Virus record (IMG/VR): IMGVR_UViG_3300017774_002751
Location: 1 to 28,335 of that record
Origin: a virus
Taxonomy: Duplodnaviria; Caudoviricetes
Length of the DNA stretch: 28,335 bases
Reading direction: 5' to 3' (one strand)
Shown one piece after another: positions 25,834 to 28,335 of this stretch. Position numbers and translations under genes: made by a program. The notes under the pieces were generated by a model. That model saw only the letters and a program-made list of their open reading frames with translations, ran no database searches and was not told the origin of the DNA. How positions within the stretch are numbered: position 1 is the stretch's first letter; the number at the start of each line of letters is the position of its first letter.

Positions 25834-25923
25834 ATGAGCACTGCTTACTACATCATGGTCGAAGGCACCCTAGTCGTTGCGTTTGCTTACGCTTGGATCA
25901 GCATACTTTCAGGGAGGAAGTGA
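25834..25923 (+). CDS. 29-aa single-pass membrane peptide
   Basis: Not in the ORF track. GAGGAG RBS; MSTAYYIMVEGTLVVAFAYAWISILSGRK*; TGATG overlap with the next gene. Confidence 0.6.
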   Translation: MSTAYYIMVEGTLVVAFAYAWISILSGRK

Positions 25924-26195
25924 TGGGGAGAATGAAAGCACTAGAGCTCGAGGCATTCGAGCGGCAGTCCCAGGAGGACGCTTGGCTTGCCGATGTCTAC
26001 GAGAACATTGAGCGCGAGGAGATTGAGAAACTCCTAGCCATCCAAGATCAAGTGAAAGAGGCGCTACAAATTGCAGATGCTTTGATGTTGCACGTCAACA
26101 TTCAGCAGATGCTGCCGTCCGCCATCTATAACTTGTCGAACAAGTTGCGCGATCAGCTCGAGCGTAGCCTCGATGTTGTTAACCGCTGCCTGTAA
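25923..26195 (+). CDS. Hypothetical early protein (90 aa)
   Basis: Start revised to ATG 25923 (GGAGG RBS; MGRMKALELE...). Confidence 0.75.
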   Translation: MGRMKALELEAFERQSQEDAWLADVYENIEREEIEKLLAIQDQVKEALQIADALMLHVNIQQMLPSAIYNLSNKLRDQLERSLDVVNRCL

Positions 26196-26207
26196 CTGGA
26201 GCAGATC

Positions 26208-26402
26208 ATGAGCCAGAAGTTTAAGCTCGAGGTGGAGTGCGGCAATGACGCGTTCGCAAACTACCTATACGAGTTGCCACGCATCATGCGTCAGGTAGCA
26301 GAACGTATCGAAGCAGGCGTTGACCAGGGCAAATGCTACGATTGGAACGGCAACGTGGTTGGCCAGTTCCGCATCTACACTGGAAGGGAGAGAAACAAAT
26401 GA
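26208..26402 (+). CDS. Conserved small phage protein
   Basis: F.L......N.AF...E..RI...VA..IE.G...G...D.NGN.VG pattern; GGAG RBS. Confidence 0.75.
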   Translation: MSQKFKLEVECGNDAFANYLYELPRIMRQVAERIEAGVDQGKCYDWNGNVVGQFRIYTGRERNK

Positions 26403-26749
26403 AAGCTATCTTGATTGATCCGTCTGCCAGAGAGGTGACGGAGGTTGAATACGACGGCAACTGGCGGCAGATCAGCAAGCTTATTGGCTGCGATCTGTTT
26501 GCGCCTGTCGGCCTTAGCAGTGGCGACACCATCTACGTTGATGACGAAGGCTTGTTTAAGGAAGAGACTGCCTTCTTCATGCACCGTCATTATCCTCAGC
26601 CTCTCGCTGGCAAGGGGTTAATCCTTGGCACGGATGGCGATGGAGAAAGCGTGATGCCCGAGCTAACTCTGCTCGAACACAAGGCACAGATTGCCTTCGT
26701 CACCCCGTTGAAAATCAACGGTCGAGTTCTTTGGTTGCCTGCAGATTAA
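26399..26749 (+). CDS. DUF3846-like protein
   Basis: Start revised to ATG 26399 (ATGA overlap); MKAILIDP, IYVDDEGL and PLAG.GLILG.D.DGE. Confidence 0.8.
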   Translation: MKAILIDPSAREVTEVEYDGNWRQISKLIGCDLFAPVGLSSGDTIYVDDEGLFKEETAFFMHRHYPQPLAGKGLILGTDGDGESVMPELTLLEHKAQIAFVTPLKINGRVLWLPAD

Positions 26750-26785
26750 CCCCCTACCCAAACCACACATTCGGAGGAGAATACA

Positions 26786-27037
26786 ATGACTTACGAGAAT
26801 CGCTACGTCATCCTGGTTAAGTGCGGATGGGACAACTACATGTTGCCCTTGAATGACATGAACCTAAGCATCGTGCGTTGCATGATAGAGGACGCTCGTG
26901 CTGTCGATTATGAATACATGTCAACTGATGGTTACGTGTATTTCCCCAAGGCAAAGAACGAAATTTCGTTCGAGATTAAGTCGGTGCAGTGGGCAGACAG
27001 CAAGCCCGAGAAGCCGGTTGAACCAACCGAGAAGTAG
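26786..27037 (+). CDS. Hypothetical protein (83 aa)
   Basis: GGAGGAG RBS and ATG. Confidence 0.75.
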   Translation: MTYENRYVILVKCGWDNYMLPLNDMNLSIVRCMIEDARAVDYEYMSTDGYVYFPKAKNEISFEIKSVQWADSKPEKPVEPTEK

Positions 27038-27041
27038 TAAC

Positions 27042-27070
27042 TTGTCATGCCTGCGCCTTTGCAGTAAACC
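27042..27070 (+). promoter_or_regulatory. Putative sigma70 promoter TTGTCA-N17-TAAACC
   Basis: Canonical 17-nt spacing; overlaps a 20-bp inverted repeat upstream of the HTH gene. Confidence 0.55.
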
Positions 27071-27087
27071 AACTGCGGAGGCGCAGC

Positions 27088-27339
27088 ATGAAACTCATAT
27101 CATACATCGACCAGTTGGAAGTGCTTGCCGATAGCCAACACATCAGGCTCAAGCAAGCCTTCCTTCAGGCCGGTATCCCAGACAGCACGTATTATCGCGT
27201 GATGAATGGCCAAGACTTGCGCTTCGACACGGCACTGAAAGTTGCCAATGCAATCAGGAGCGCAAGCGATGCAACTACCACCGATCAGAGTTGTTCATAC
27301 ACGACAGGTCAGTTCGGAAGAGCAGAAGTTTTACGCTGA
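27088..27339 (+). CDS. Cro/XRE-like HTH protein
   Basis: LKQAF..AGIPDSTYYRVMNG.DLRFDTA.KVA.AI; GGAGG RBS. Confidence 0.75.
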   Translation: MKLISYIDQLEVLADSQHIRLKQAFLQAGIPDSTYYRVMNGQDLRFDTALKVANAIRSASDATTTDQSCSYTTGQFGRAEVLR

Positions 27340-27529
27340 TCTTATCGGTGAGCTCGTATCCAAACGGAAGCAACTTGGCATGAGCCAAGCTGAACTGAAT
27401 GACCGTCTTGGTATGAGCGAGGCAATGGTTGCCAAGTGGGAAAGCATGGCCCGACTTCCTGGTGCGTTCTTTCTGATGTGCTGGGCCAAAGCATTAGGGA
27501 TCAAGTTCGTTGCGAAGGAAGAAGCATGA
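27269..27529 (+). CDS. XRE-family HTH transcriptional regulator
   Basis: Start revised to ATG 27269 (AGGAG RBS); RKQLGMSQAEL...LGMS...VAKWE...R.P......WA.ALG. Confidence 0.85.
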   Translation: MQLPPIRVVHTRQVSSEEQKFYADLIGELVSKRKQLGMSQAELNDRLGMSEAMVAKWESMARLPGAFFLMCWAKALGIKFVAKEEA

Positions 27530-28032
27530 GTCAAAGCCAAAAGTTGAGCGAGTCCGAGGACCTATCTTCAAGCAGTGCACCTGTTGCGGAGACACCCGAA
27601 ACGCCTGTCTCAGTCAAAACAGTGGCGAAACGTGGTGGTGTTCGCCGTGCTGGAAAGGCTGGAACTCGCAAGAATAAATACAACGCAGCCGGTGAGCGCA
27701 TCGATGGCATGTGGTTTGCTAGTGCTGCCGAAGGCAAACGCTATCTTCAGCTTAAGTCTATGATGAAACGTAACATGATCGACAACCTACGTTGTCAGGT
27801 CAAGCTGCCATGCGTGGTCAATAACCGATTGATCTGCACATACATTGCCGACTTTGCCTACGTTGTCATTGATGATCGAGGCGTTGGCATACGTTCCATC
27901 TGGGAGGATGTGAAGGGCATGGTCACGGACGTTTACAAGATCAAGAAGAAGCTCGTCCAGGCTGTGCATGGCATCGAGATTCTAGAGATACCCGGTAATT
28001 CGATAGCCAATTGGGCTGACAAACCGGGGTAA
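27526..28032 (+). CDS. DUF1064-family PD-(D/E)XK nuclease
   Basis: Start revised to ATG 27526 (ATGA overlap); NKYNA...IDG..FAS..E..RY, TYIADF.Y and EDVKG..T.VYKIKKKL. Confidence 0.85.
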   Translation: MSQSQKLSESEDLSSSSAPVAETPETPVSVKTVAKRGGVRRAGKAGTRKNKYNAAGERIDGMWFASAAEGKRYLQLKSMMKRNMIDNLRCQVKLPCVVNNRLICTYIADFAYVVIDDRGVGIRSIWEDVKGMVTDVYKIKKKLVQAVHGIEILEIPGNSIANWADKPG

Positions 28033-28066
28033 AAACTGGGGAGCCCGCTACCACACAGGCTCCCCA
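28031..28066 (-). terminator. Hairpin oriented as a minus-strand terminator upstream of the replication gene
   Basis: Perfect 9-bp stem TGGGGAGCC(28037-45)/GGCTCCCCA(28058-66), preceded on + by AAAAA. Confidence 0.45.
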
Positions 28067-28104
28067 AGGTCCCACACACGGAAGGGTCCAGCAATGGAGG
28101 AAGA

Positions 28105-28335
28105 ATGTCCATAGAGATGCTGAACTGGGCTTTCCAGTTACCACTCGATAGCCCTGCTGACAAGGCTGTCCTAATAGCACTCGCAAATCATGCCGATCCA
28201 ACAGGTGACTGTTGGCCATCGGTTGCCCGTGTCTGCCTATATACCTCACTGTCTGAGCGGGCCGTTCGCATGGCACTGCGTCGGCTCGAGGAGCGGGGCC
28301 TTGTCACCACCACCCACAAGATAGGACGTAGCTCC
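28105..28335 (+). CDS. Phage replication initiator, N-terminal winged HTH (HTH_36-like); truncated by the window end
   Basis: Not in the ORF track. MSIEMLNWAFQLPLDSPADKAVLIALANHADPTGDCWPSVARVCLYTSLSERAVRMALRRLEERGLV...; K.VL..LA..AD..G.CWPS...S.R.V...L..LE..GL is the typical motif. Confidence 0.85.
   Translation, partial: MSIEMLNWAFQLPLDSPADKAVLIALANHADPTGDCWPSVARVCLYTSLSERAVRMALRRLEERGLVTTTHKIGRSS

Larger units (their letters stand above)
1..28335. mobile_element. Fragment of a podovirus-type dsDNA bacteriophage genome (virion, packaging and lysis module plus divergent early/replication genes)
   Basis: Contiguous terS-terL-portal-scaffold-MCP-tail tube A/B-ejection proteins-fibre-lysis order. 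No host genes, integrase or att site seen. Confidence 0.97.

Noticed and set aside
1-28335. CRISPR array, tRNA/rRNA genes, integrase/att sites, stop-codon recoding
   Set aside because: None seen by eye; genes are full length in the standard code and use all three stop codons.

Overview
The window is a fragment of a tailed dsDNA phage with a T7/BPP-1/HTVC010P-type short-tail (podovirus) virion module. The host is probably an alphaproteobacterium (inference). The minus strand (24471 to 1) carries the late module in this order: a hypothetical gene, terminase small subunit, a candidate packaging site, four small very basic proteins, an RcGTA-like head-spike base and fibre, terminase large subunit, a gp6.7-like protein, portal, Bbp19-like protein, scaffold, GNAT, major capsid, capsid decoration, tail adaptor, nozzle, three ejection proteins, tail fibre, Gly-rich adhesin, a small tail-associated protein, putative holin, metallophosphoesterase and a truncated TIGR02594-type endolysin. 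The plus strand (24986 to the end) carries small early genes, two HTH regulators, a DUF1064 nuclease and the start of an HTH replication initiator. Four non-routine signals stand out. (1) The divergent gap at 24.5-25.0 kb holds two large back-to-back fold-back structures with branched tips. Their G-T wobble bias points to opposite strands, in each case the template strand of the adjacent gene, which resembles ssDNA promoters or priming signals. (2) An exact 10-mer, TAGTCCATTG, recurs upstream of late gene blocks. (3) The largest ejection protein contains two tandem ADP-ribosyltransferase-like domains. (4) A hairpin overlapping a promoter hides the RBS of the first HTH gene. All family assignments are from motif recognition by eye; no searches or folding programs were run.
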